DNA of 64,000 bases from Mustelus asterias (GCF_964213995.1 NC_135830.1:7130001-7194000); one strand, 5' to 3'. Counted from the stretch's first letter, positions 40,017 through 52,565 are shown. The notes: generated by a model from the sequence alone, not told the origin. Made by a program: numbers and translations.

Positions 40017-41380
40017 GCCGCAAGTTTCTGAGTCACAGCTGCTGTCTGTCGAGTGTTGTTTCTAACAGCGGGTTATACACTAACACGTCAATACATTCCT
40101 GTGAACGCAAACCAGCCCACAATTCACACAAACACCATCTAAAATCGTTCACAGAATCCGTCTGATTATTACATTCACTGTGCGAGGGAAGAATTAGCTG
40201 TTGTTTATTTGGAATCACCGGGAAATCGGCACTAATATTGAGAATTCAAAATGCTGCAGGTAGCCTTGAACTAGTTGTACCCTTGTTCTGATGTTTCAAA
40301 GAAACTCGGGGCAAAGAAACGAATACAGTTTGGTTTGATATGTCAGTCAATAGTGTAAACTGATGCCCGCCTGCTGAGGCAAATCCTCATAATCACAACA
40401 GCCTGATTAAACATCTCTCAATGTTACAGTAATGAAATAAAATATCAACTGAGAATCGAAGAGAAACTTCATTGGAAAGAGTTCGGAAGAATGTGACTCA
40501 TATTAACACAATGAACACTTGACACATATTAAAACTAAGAATCCTTAACAGTAAAGGTACAAAAGTTTATTTCAATACATGCTTAGAATCCAATGAACAA
40601 TGATTAATATCTCTATTAATAATCTCTAAGAACAGGTTTGGTGTACTCTAGACACTGGAACATTTGGTAAGAAAATCGACTGAATGCAGAAACCTAATTG
40701 AGAAGAGCGTCAGAAAGTTCCTGAAGGACAACTAGGGATGGGCAATAAATAGCGGCCGAGCCCGCGATGCCCACATGCCCGAAAGTCTTTCTTTAAAAGT
40801 CTGCTGTAATCACCAGAAGTGCTTTGGGAAATCGAAACCGCGGGATAAGTCTTCATGCTCAGGCAAATATTTTGTTGGGATATGGGCCAAACGCGGGCAA
40901 TTGGGACTTGCATAGTGGTTAGAAAAGGGTAGCATGGACAAGTTGGGCAGAAGGGTCTGTTTCCATGCTGTAAACCTCTATGACTCTGTGACTATTTCCA
41001 TATCCGTTATTTCCCTGAATATCCACAAATCTATCAACTGCCTTCAAGAAATCAAACGACTGTACAATCATTGCTCTCTTTGACACATAGAGTGCATTAA
41101 AGCGAATGTATGGTTTTTGACTGAGATGATTTTTGAGATATGACTCTGATGAGTTTTATTTCATGTTGTAATAACAGCACCAGAGTCTCCTATTCAGAGT
41201 TGCTCGTAAACGACAGAAACTACTATAAAGAGGGATTTTACATACACTGACAGACATTCAGCACAAAGAACCTGATCATTCGGTTTAATTGGTTTTAATG
41301 AGATGATTTTGTTTCTATTAACTGTTCACAATCCAGCTCAGAGATCGGATTCAGTGTGAGGAGGTGAGAATGCCTTTGCT

Positions 41381-41857
41381 GGTTTTTGTACGGACTAACT
41401 GCGTCTCTGTAACTGCGGTTCAGCGCACACTGTTACAGATACACGGCAGAGACAGAGACACGGACCCCGGTGATATTTAATGGAGCTGTTTTCTTGTCTC
41501 TGTCCAAATTAGCAGAAAACTGGTCCGAAAAATCAGGAGACTTATCCCCCTTCCCCTTGCCGTAACTTTTCAATAAATATCTCGGAGCTTCTCCGGGATA
41601 CAGGATGTACCAGAATAGAGTTTGGTCAGCGTATTTACCTTTATAACTGCAGTTCAAAATTACCGTCTGTCCTTCCTGAACCGTTAATTCAGGCGGCTCC
41701 TGGGAAACTGAAGTTTGGCCATTGGTTCCTGTAACAACATATAGACTGTGTGAGAAATCTGTGAGTGAATATAACCCATTGAACACACACTGAGGATTTG
41801 AGCTCAGACTCACGGGGCAGCATGTCCATTATTATCAGTAGAACACGCAGGGAACAT
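41381..41857 (-). pseudogene. TRAV/TRDV-type V pseudogene, inverted
   Basis: Leader 41857-41814 is 44 nt (+1 frameshift). V exon from 41728: TNGQTSVSQEPPELTVQEGQTVILNCSYKG...LFWYILYPGEAPRYLL...SAVYL*QCALN. Perfect nonamer ACAAAAACC (41381-41389), damaged heptamer (CGCAGTT). Confidence 0.93.
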
Positions 41858-42011
41858 GTGGTTCCTGAATGGACAGTAAACAGCGACACTGTTTAAAATA
41901 TGTTGTTGCTTCTAGTCTTATATCACGGAGTAAACTCAGATCAGAGGCAGCTTCAATCATTGGCAAATTGGGGGGTTTTCCCAGTGTTGCAATTTGCTGG
42001 TCCCCTTGAGA

Positions 42012-42023
42012 TGACGTCAGCTG
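42012..42023 (-). promoter_or_regulatory. CRE plus overlapping E-box in V promoter
   Basis: TGACGTCAGCTG about 155 bp upstream of the leader ATG at 41857. Confidence 0.65.
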
Positions 42024-42754
42024 TGGACCAAACACTGTTAGTGGAGGACTAAACACAGCTGGCTCCCTCCAAACACATTCCATCCCGGGCTGTGTGTGTT
42101 TTTCTCACTCTCTTTCTCTTTCCATGAAAGGTGAATAACGTTATCAGTTACACTGTCTCTTTCTCGGTTCACCCTCTTTCGATCGAACTCAATGTCCCCC
42201 TTTTTATAGATAAATCTTTCTTTATAAATAAAGTTAAAAGTGAAATAAATAATTTACACTCATTTACTCTGCGGGTATTAATGAGTGCATCCACTGCATA
42301 AACATAATAGTAGTTACTGCTTTATTTATACCGGGGATAAGTAATCACCCAAGTCCACATTGACTTGCGTTTCCACTGGGATTACTCTTATACTGGGAAA
42401 GTACTGATTCAATCAGTCATTATTTCTGTCCAGAAACTTCAAAATGTGACAACTCTCAGTGTGCCTTTGATATTAGATCACATTTAACAGGTGTTCCCTG
42501 ACAGATAAACATCTGACACAGAAAGATTAAAAATACTGATTTATTAAGTTATTCACCCGAGACATCTGTGTTTTGTGATTGGATTTATCCAGGAGTAATC
42601 TGAGCGCCAAATGTCACATTTTCCCAACTGTGACAATCACTGACGTTAGGGAGGGAAAGCCACTCAGATGAGGCTGCATTGTCACGTTCATTTTCTCTGA
42701 AATTCAACGCAATGTGTTTTGCGGACAAGGAACCATTGATTGTGGACCTGCGCC

Positions 42755-43276
42755 AGTTTTTGTACGAGGTCCGCGGGAGCCTCATTTACTGTGGGTCTGA
42801 GTGCACAGTAATACACGGTGTTGTCTAACATCTTCAAATCTTTCATGGACAAGTGAAAAGTGTTTTATGTCTGGCTGAGATTCCTGCTGAAATGTTTAAA
42901 GCCGGGAGCCGTATCGGTAAATCCATAGCCATCGCTCTGAGCAGATACTGAGGAGCTCGGTGTGGATAGTGGCGATACCAGAACAGGACATAGACTGTAG
43001 CTGAACTCGATACAGAGTAACTGCAGGGTATTGCTGAATCTTCACCCTCTGCTGCTTCAACTCCTGGTTCTGACTGGGATACTGAGTCACCGTTACTCAT
43101 CTCTGAAAATAGACAACAGACACGCAGCGGGTTAGAAGGAGTAACAACAACGGAATAATCGCCTAGAAATGGAAATGGGCAATGAATATGGTGGTTGGCG
43201 GATTTCAGTCAAAGGTTCAAAATGACCGACCTGTGATCAGGACAATAACCAGGGACAGACAGAGCTTCACCCCCAT
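42755..43276 (-). pseudogene. TRAV/TRDV-type V pseudogene, inverted, with usable-looking 23-RSS
   Basis: Intact leader MGVKLCLSLVIVLIT(G) at 43276-43231 with GT donor. V exon from 43102: DSVSQSEPGVEAAEGEDSAIPCSYS...LFWYRHYPHRAPQYLLR, frameshift, a TAA stop, then FHLSMKDLKMLDNTVYYCALR. RSS CACAGTA (42793-42787), 23 nt, ACAAAAACT. Confidence 0.93.
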
Positions 43277-43467
43277 GGTTCCAGTCTGAACACCAGAAAC
43301 AGAGGCAGTGATCACTGTCTGCATAACACCTGGAACTGTAAAAGTTGAAACAGTCAGTGGACTGTTATGAGGTCGAATGTAACTCCGTCTCTCCGCCCAT
43401 TTTTACATCTTCAAACAGTCGCTTCCTCCAGAAGGGAATCGTGATTTTTTTTATAAGTGATCAGAGA

Positions 43468-43481
43468 GCGCCCTCCCGTGG
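43468..43481 (-). promoter_or_regulatory. CTCF-like motif in V promoter region
   Basis: Reverse complement CCACGGGAGGGCGC, about 190 bp upstream of the leader ATG. Confidence 0.6.
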
Positions 43482-44288
43482 ACTACATTGCCGCATTTGG
43501 AAACAGATACACACACGGCAACCTGCAAAGACTGACACATATCCAGACAATAGAATCATAGAATCATAGAATTTGTACAGTACAGAAAAATGCCATTCGG
43601 CCCACCGAGTCTGTACCGATCACAAGCCTCCCAGGCCCTATTCCCGTAACCTCATACATTTACTCCGCTAATCCCCCTGACACTCGGGTCAATTTCGCAT
43701 GGCCAATCAAACTAACCTGCACATCTTTGGACCGTGGGAGGAAACCGGAGCATCCGAGGAAACCCACGCAGACACGGGGAAAGCAGATACACACACGGCC
43801 ACGTGCAAAGACCAACACGTGTAAGGATATATAACCATATAGATATATGCCCAGACACTGACATCAATTCTAACGTCCATCGTTATAAATACAGAATTAT
43901 TCTGTAGATTTCTGACACATTAGTCTGAGTTGCTAACTATGAAAATACATGAATAACTCCAACTCCGTGTTCACTAGAAGCCTCGTATACCGCACAGAAT
44001 CAACAAAAGCATAGACACAGGGACAAGTAAACACAGTGATCGATTCTCAAACTGATCGACTCAAACATAGACACACAGACAATCACTGAGGAAGATAAAC
44101 AAACAGATTAACACAGCCACTGACACACTCAAGAGAAGTTCACTCATTGACAATCTCAAAAGCGTACTAGTTCCAGAGTAACTTTCTGAACTGGAATTCC
44201 CTGGGGTCGTGTCAGTGCGGCAATATCGTGTTAGATATTCATTGCGATGGAACTGTCCATTTTAACAACGAGGACAGCCAGAAATCTA

Positions 44289-45259
44289 TTCCTCATCAAT
44301 GGTTGCCTGAGTGATTTTTTCCCATTTCTTTATTATGAAGAACAATTTTAAAAATATGCTTCCGGGAAATGTGCGCCATTTCCTCTAGTTCAGTTACAGT
44401 TTCACTTGTCTCTGTCTTTATGAGCACACTCTACTATTACACCTGTTTCAGATGGTGATTAGCTATGTTCGTCTGCATTTATAAAACCATTAAATTCTGT
44501 TATGGACTGAACAAGTTGCTAATATGCGCGCGGTGTCAAAGTACAAACATTTATTTCCTCATTGCGTCTTAAAATACAGCATTTCTGATTTTGCTGAAAG
44601 CATTTGTGGCCGAGGTCAGAGCAAAGATAACATGGCTGTAACATCGAGATTCGGATAATGTCCAGCAACAACTGAAACCATGCAAAACTTCCCTCATACG
44701 AAATGAATAATTGCAATAAATGTTTCTGCCCGGTTTCGAACCGGGGACCTTTCGCGTGTGAGGCGAACGTGATAATCACGACACTACAGAAACAACTGAC
44801 AGCATAGCGCCGCCAATTGGCCTGACCACAATGTTCAACTCGACTGTGTTGCTGCAGGTTCGAATGGTTATACTGAGAGCCCATGTCACTCAATACAAGA
44901 CAAAAACCGTTTCTTTCAACCTGATTTCTCAACTCATCTTGAACTTCAACATTTATAAGTGGTCGTCCGGCAAATATCTAAGGAGCAATGATTTTAAGAT
45001 GCAGTTGCAGGAAAGAAATGTTTGTATTTTGACACCGTGCATATATAAGCAACTTGTTCAATCCATGGGTTTATAGATGTAGACTAACATAGTTAATCAC
45101 CATCTGAAACATGTCTAATAGGAGTGTTTGCTCATAAAGACAGACACAAGTGATACTGTAACTGAACTAGAGGAATTGGTGCACATTGCTCAGAAACATC
45201 TTTTTAAAATCGGTTTTCATAATAAAGCTATCGGGAAAACCATTCACGCTGATGAGGAA
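44289..45259. repeat. Long diverged inverted repeat (arms ~44289-44575 and ~44991-45259) enclosing the tRNA
   Basis: Left TCCTCTAGTTCAGTTACAGT...TCTGTCTTTATGAGCA...TGTTTCAGATGGTGATT...TGAACAAGTTGCT...CGGTGTCAAA matches the reverse complement of the right arm. Confidence 0.9.
44721..44793 (-). tRNA. tRNA-Val(CAC), D-loop variant and possible pseudogene
   Basis: GTTTCTGTAGTGTCGTGATTATCACGTTCGCCTCACACGCGAAAGGTCCCCGGTTCGAAACCGGGCAGAAACA, 73 nt. Differs from the usual vertebrate Val-CAC D-loop (TGTAGTGGTT) at two A-box positions. Confidence 0.9.
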
Positions 45260-46018
45260 ATCGAAGCTCAGAACAGATCTATTGGACTTTCTGATAGATG
45301 AATGGGATTTAGGCGCCAGGATGTTTCACACCCAGAATAAACTAATTGATCATTCTTAAATCTCTTCCCATTAAAGATATTTGATTTTGTTCATAAACTG
45401 ACTGTCGTCAATCTCAAATAAGCATAATGGGATGTGCATTAACCAGTGACTCGATCTGTTTTGTTGGTCAAACGTATTTGCAATTCAATGCTGCATATGT
45501 CAGAGATATTCAATTCAGAATCAGGAGATGCAGAATAAATAAATGTATCGATGTTAAATGTTGAATAATGAAACAAGTACCTAGTAAAATAGATTGAGAA
45601 TGATGCATTTGCCACAGTGGTTCATTTTCAGTTTTTGTTTCAGATTCCAGCATTCACAGTTTTTTGCTTTTATTTATTCGCTCTGACCTGGCCCTCAAAT
45701 TTCATTCAGGGCGATCGGAAATACTGGATTTTCATGAGAAGAAAAAGAGGAGCATGTTCTCCAGGAGCACCTGGAGAACGTGCAGACTCCGCACAGACAG
45801 TCACCCAAGCCGAGAAACGAACCTGAGTCCCTGGTGCTATAACGGTTGTCCACAGAGAGAATGTGGACAGCCATTAGCAGTCTTTTCCCCTGGTTTCTGT
45901 GGCTATGGCTCATTTTTCATTTCCTCACCCTGCAGTATAAATATCTCCCACTTTCTATTTATTTTTGCTTTGACAAAGGGTCATCTGGACTCAATATTGC
46001 AAATATCTCTGACATTAA

Positions 46019-46552
<534 letters not shown>

Positions 46553-47019
46553 GAAGTTTCTTCAATGAAATAAAAGCAACATGCTGAGAATCTGGGGGGA
46601 AACAAGAACAAACACTGGAAAAAGTCAGCTGGTGTGGTAGCATCTGTGTAGAGGGTGGAATAGTTAATGTTTTGAGTCATAGAATCATAGAATCATAGAA
46701 ACCCTACAGTGCAGAAGGAGGCCATTCGGCCCATCGAGTCTGCACCGACCACAATCCCACCCAGGCCCTACCCCCACATATTTACCCGCTAATCCCTCTA
46801 ACCTACACATCCCAGGACTCTAAGGGGCAATTTTTAACCTGGCCAATCAACCTAACCCGCACAACTTTGTCAGTTGTCAACAATGTAATTGATTCTCTCT
46901 GCACAGACGCTACCGGGCCTGTTGTATTTTTCCAGCACTATTTTATTACAAGTTTCTGTATTGGACCTGAAAAATAAAATACTTCATGTTGTTAAAAAAA
47001 AACAGATGTGCTCCTAACA

Positions 47020-47400
47020 AAGATGACGTCGATGTGGGGGCGGGGCTTTGGGCGGTGCACGCAGAACGCTGAGGCTGTTGGGTTTGCACATGCGCATTGC
47101 AGCGGGAGTGTTTTGTTGACGGAAGCGCGCGGCTTCTTCTCTTGCTCGGAATCAGATTTGAAAGCGGGGGACGGTTAACGGTCGACGGCGTTGCCATGGC
47201 TGCAGGGGCGTGGCTTGTCAACCGCGCGCGCTGGCACAAGTGGACCCTCGAGCTCAACCTGAGCGGCAGCAGGTGCGGAGGCCGCGCAGGAAACCGGGGG
47301 CTCGAGTAGGTGGCAAGCCGGGCCAGCCCGCCTCTCCCGAGGGGAGGCCACCGCACACTGACCCGGGGATGTGGCACCAACGCAAAACTTCCCAACCCCG
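47020..47400 (+). promoter_or_regulatory. CpG-rich promoter of EMC4
   Basis: GGGGCGGGGC box, CGGAAG ETS site, TGCGCA motif, high CpG around exon 1. Confidence 0.7.
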
Positions 47401-48201
47401 GGTTTTTCACGCCTCTTTTACCCCTCACGGAGCTCCTCATCACAAAGCAGCCCCTCAAATCCCCCAGAAATCACTCAGACCCCACTTGGCATCTTTTCCC
47501 CAGGTCATGACCCTGAGATGTCCTTTTGGTTTCAGCCCCTCCACCTGATCAGGTGCCAACTGCGGTGGTGGTTGGAGGAACGATTGCTCGTTTCCAGGAC
47601 CCGGTGCTGAACTGGATCTCTCTCAATGTCCCGCAGTGTTTGTTTTCAAGACACAATTTGGTACATGTGGTGATTTGTCGCTTTGTCCCTAAATGGAGGG
47701 CAAGTGGATTGGCACCCTGATTATCAATTGGCACTAATCCACTTCTGCCATCCTCCATTCCCCTGGCAGTTTGGTACATGCAATGGCAGTGTGTGTCTGA
47801 GGTTTGCCCAAGCTTTAGTTCGTGCTGGCACTATTGCCACCATGTTGGGGTCCTCAACAGAGAGACTCCCTCTTTAAAGAAGGTCTTGAAAGAGTGACCA
47901 ATTTGTGTTCTCTGTTTCTCATAGGAGCCGTGATCAACAGTGTGGCCAGAGAGACTCCATGTGCCCAGTCGCATATTCAGACAAACAGCTACCCGGACAT
48001 CTGCGTCCAAGAAACAGACCGGATCCTGGTTGAGAAAGTAAGTTGGATTTGAATGTGTCTTTAGTGTGTGGCTGACAACGCCCCTGGTTTGTCCACGGTG
48101 GTGAAGTACCTTGGTGAACCACAGCAGCCTGTGTGATAAAGGGTTAATCGTCATCCTAACTTCCAGACCTGGGTATAAGATCAGTATATGGCCTCCCCTA
48201 A

Positions 48202-48345
<144 letters not shown>

Positions 48346-48749
48346 TGAGCATGATGGCCTGGAGACCCATACAGGCCTTGATGTCCATGTCTGCAAGTGA
48401 GTATTGTATTGAATCTACAGCTCAGAAACTGCTCTGAACCGGCATCACTTGAGCAGCTTAGAATAGAGTGCTGAGAGTTGGGTAATTAAGGGAGTTAGGG
48501 AAGGAAGGGAAAGAGGTGCCCTTTTGCTTTCTAATTTTCTCAGCTTTCAGGAAGTGATCTTACACTTCTACAGGAGAAGAAGCTAGATTTTTGGTGAGTA
48601 TCGGCTGAGTGACTACGGTTTATTCTATGCTTAAGGATTAAAATAGCAACTGGTGGTAAGATTAATAAAATACTTAAAAACTAAAATATTTAAAACAAAA
48701 ATAAAATATGTAATTGGATAAAATAATTAAAGAGCTTATTGTGACACAT

Positions 48750-51700
48750 TAAAGATGTGTCACAGCTGCAGCATGTGGGAGCTCCTGGCTGTCAGTTTGA
48801 TCCAGGGCAAACATGTCTGCAGTAAGTGAAGTTCAAGCAGCTCTGGTTCAGAGTTTATGAGCTGGAGGCTGAACTACAGACACTACAATGCATCAGGGAG
48901 GGGGAAAGTTACCTGGATTCTTTGTATCAGGGAGCAGTCACACCTCTTGGCACAGGGTCTGCTGATTTGGTCAGTGGTCAGGAACAGGGGAGTGACTGTG
49001 AGAGAGGCAGATAAGGGAACTCACAGACAAGAGCCTTTACCATTGTCCAGTCAGTTTGAGGTATTTTCAGCTTGTTTGGATGAATGGGAGCTCCAGGATG
49101 GATGAGCCAATTACCCATGGCACTGTGGTACAGGAAGCCATTCTAGTGAGGGGAGCAAAAAGGAATGCAGTGATAATGGGGGACAGTATAGTCAGAGGGA
49201 TTGGCTCATTCTCTGCAGCAAAGAATGTGAATCCAGGCGGCTGTGGTGTCTGTCTGGGCATCTGATCAGGGCTGGAGAGGAACTTTCAGTGGGGAGGGGA
49301 AGGTTCCATTCGTCGTCATCAATGTAGGTATAAACAACAGGGACAAAGAAGGAGGTTTTCAGTGTCAATATGAGGACCTGAGCACTAAATTAAGAAGCAG
49401 AACCTCAATGGTTATAATCTCTGAATTATTACCTGAGCCACATGCTAATAGGTATAGGACAGATCAGATCGGAGGGATGAATGCGTGACTGAAAGGCTGC
49501 GTTAAAGTTTGTTTATTAGTGTCACAAGTAGGCTTACATTAACACTGCAATGAAGTTAGTGTGAGAAGGCCCGAGTCGCCACACTCCAGTACGTGTTCGG
49601 GTACACTGAGGGAGAATTTAGCGTGGCCAGTGCACCTAACCAGCACGTCTTTCAGACTGGGAGAAAACCGGAGCACCCGGAGAAAACCCACACAGATATA
49701 GGGTGAAAGTGCAAACTCTGCACAGATAGTGACCCAAGGGTGACCATGGTGGCACAGTGGTTAGCACTGCTGCCTCACAGCGCCAGGGACCCAGGTTCAA
49801 TTCCGGCCTCGAGTGTGTGTGGAGTTTGCATGTTCTCTGTCTATCTGCGTGGATTTCCTCCGGGTCCTCCGGTTTCCTCCCACACTCCAAAAGATGTGCG
49901 GGTTAAATTGATTGGTTATGGTAAGTTGTCCCATAGTGTCAGGGGGACTGACAGAGTAAATACGTGGTGTTACAGGGATAGGGCCTGGGTGGGATTATGG
50001 TCGGTGCAGAAGCAATGGGCTGAATGGCCTACTTCAGAACTGTAGGGATTCTAAGCCTGTATAGAACCCAAATCCCTGGTGTTGTGAGGCAGCAGTACTA
50101 ACCACTGTGCCGCCCTAACTGGTGTGGGAGGTGGGTTCTGGTTGATGGGACACTGACATCAGTACTGGGTAAAGTGAGATCTGTACCATTGGGACAGTCA
50201 ACACCTGAACTGTGCTGGGGCCGGTGTTCTTGCAACCGCATAAGTGGGAAAATAGAGACGGTTTTAAATTAAATAGTGGAAAAGGAATCAAATTTGGGGC
50301 AAGGAATGAAATTTATATGAATGACTGGATGAAGGGATGTTTGGCAAATTTGCCGATAACGCACAGATAGGTGGGAAAGTAAGTTGTGAAGAGGACATAC
50401 AGAGGGTACAGAAAGATAGAAAGGTTAAGTGAGTGGGGAAATATCTCAAATGGAGTAGAATGTGGGCAAATGTGAAATTGTCCATTTCGGCAGGAAGAAT
50501 GAAAAAGAAGCATTTTGTCTAAATGGTGAGAGATTGCAGAGCTCAGAGATTCAGAGGGATAGAGTCATAGAGGTTTACAGCATGGAAACAGGCCCTTCGG
50601 CCCAACTTGTCCATGCCGCCCTTTTTTAAAACCCCTAAGCTAATCCCAATTGCCCGCGTTTGGCCCATATCCCTCTAAACCCATCGTACCCATGTAACTA
50701 TCTAAATGCTGTTTAAAAGACAAAATTGTACCCGCCTCTCCTACTACCTCTGGCAGCTTGTTCCAGACACTCACCACCCTCTGTGTGAAAACATTGCTCC
50801 TCTGGACACTTTTGTATCTCTCCCCTCTCACAAACCTATGCCCTCTAGTTTTAGACTCCCCTACCTTTGGGAAAAGATATTGACTATCGAGCTGATCTGT
50901 GCCCCTCGTTATTTTATAGACTTCGATAAGATCACCCCTCAGCCTCCTCTGCTCCAGAGAAAAAAGTCCCAGTCTATCCAGCCTCTCCTTATAACTCAAT
51001 CCATCAAGTCCCAGTAGCATCCTAGTAAATCTTTTCTGCACTCTTTCTAGTTTAATAATATCCTTTCTATAATAGGGTGACCAGAATTGCACACAGTATT
51101 CCAAGTGTGGCCTTACCAATGTCTTGTACAACTTAAACAAGACATCCCAACTCCTGTATTCAATGTTCTGACCGATGAAACCAAGCATGCCGAATGCCTT
51201 CTTCACCACTCTGTCCACCTGTGACTCCACTTTCAAGGAGCTATGTTCCTGCACCCCTAGATCTCTTTGTTCTGTAACTCTCCCTAACGCCCTACCATTA
51301 ACTGAGTAAGTCCTGCCCTCGTTCAATCTACCAAAATGCATCACCTCGCATTTGTCTAAATTAAACTCCGTCTGCCATTCGTCAGCCCACTGGCCCAATT
51401 GATCAAGATCTGGGTGACTGAGTGCATAAATCACAAAAGGCTAATATGCAGGTACAGCAAGTAATTAGGAAAACTAATAGAATGTTATCATTCATTGTGA
51501 TGGGAATTAAATACAGAACTAGGGAGGTTATGCTTCAGTTGTACAGGTCACTAGTGAGACCACATCTGGAGTAGTGTGTGCAGTATTGGTCACCTTATTT
51601 AAGGAAGTGTGCAAGTATGCTGGAGACAGTTCAGAGACGGTTTACCAGACTAATACCTAAAATGGATAGGCTAAAATGTTATGAGGAAAGGTTGTCACAC
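48750..51700 (+). mobile_element. Old fragmented CR1 in EMC4 intron 3 with nested SINEs and a younger CR1
   Basis: ORF1 remnants (ELEAELQTL, IMGDSIVRG, IISELLPEP) and ORF2 3' remnants. Confidence 0.75.
50560..51410 (-). mobile_element. Younger CR1 3' fragment
   Basis: 264-aa ORF with LYKTLVRPHLEYCVQFWSP. Confidence 0.9.
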
Positions 51701-52247
51701 GTTCCTGAACTTCCTGCTTTTCCATTCTCGCTCTCAGTCTTTAGGGTCCTGGGGAATTCGAATCAGCACTGGCTGCAGCGTCTCATCTACTTCATCGGCA
51801 ACCTGCTGGGGTTGGCCCTGGCCACCTACAAGTGCCAGGCGATGGGGCTGCTGCCCACACATGCCTCTGACTGGCTGGCATTCATCCAGCCGCCCCAGGT
51901 GAGACCCGCACTCTGTATGTGAGGGGGAGCCAGGAAAATAGGAAGAGGAAACCATTCAGGGCTGTGGAGCCTGAGAGGTTGAGTAGATTGGGCCCAATTA
52001 TTTTTATTCATTTGTGGAACATGGGCATCACTGGCTGGTCAGCATTTATTGCCCATCCCTAGTTGCTCTTGGAGGGCAGTTGAGAGTCAACCACGGGAAA
52101 TCTGCCACCCTTACCTGTTCTGGCTGACATGTGACTCCAGAGCCACAGCAATGTGGTTGACTCTCAACAGCCCTCGGGCAACTAGGGATGGGCAATAAAT
52201 GCTGGCCAGTCAGAGACGTCCATATCCCACGAATGAACAAAAACAAA

Positions 52248-52565
52248 TGAGGGATGGGGGAGGAGTGCAGGGAAAGTGGGGATATCTTTGGGAATTGAAG
52301 AATGGGGAGGAGTGCAGGGAAAGTGGAGATATCTTTGGGAATTATGGGATGAGGGAAGACTGCGGGGAAAGTGGGGATACCTTTGGGAATTGAGGGATGG
52401 GAAGGAGTGCGGGGAAAGTGGGGATATCTTTGGGAATTATGGGATGAGGGAAGACCGGGGAAAGTGGAGATATCTTTGGGAATTGAGGGATGGGGAGGAG
52501 TGCGGGGGAAGTGGAGATATCTTTGGGAATTGAGGGATGGGGAGGAGTGTGCGGAAAGTGGAGAT
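52248..52565. repeat. G-rich ~47-bp minisatellite (about 6.5 copies) in EMC4 intron 4
   Basis: Unit about ATCTTTGGGAATTGAGGGATGGGGAGGAGTGCGGGGAAAGTGGAGAT; TATCTTT recurs at 52471 and 52518. Confidence 0.9.

Noticed and set aside
32600-43300. NAR-TCR, IgH-type V or germline-joined VDJ segments
   Set aside because: The segments have TRAV/TRDV-like frameworks, their own leaders and unjoined 23-RSS remnants; no associated D-J cassette was seen.
52248-52565. CRISPR-like array
   Set aside because: Vertebrate context, with contiguous units and no unique spacers.
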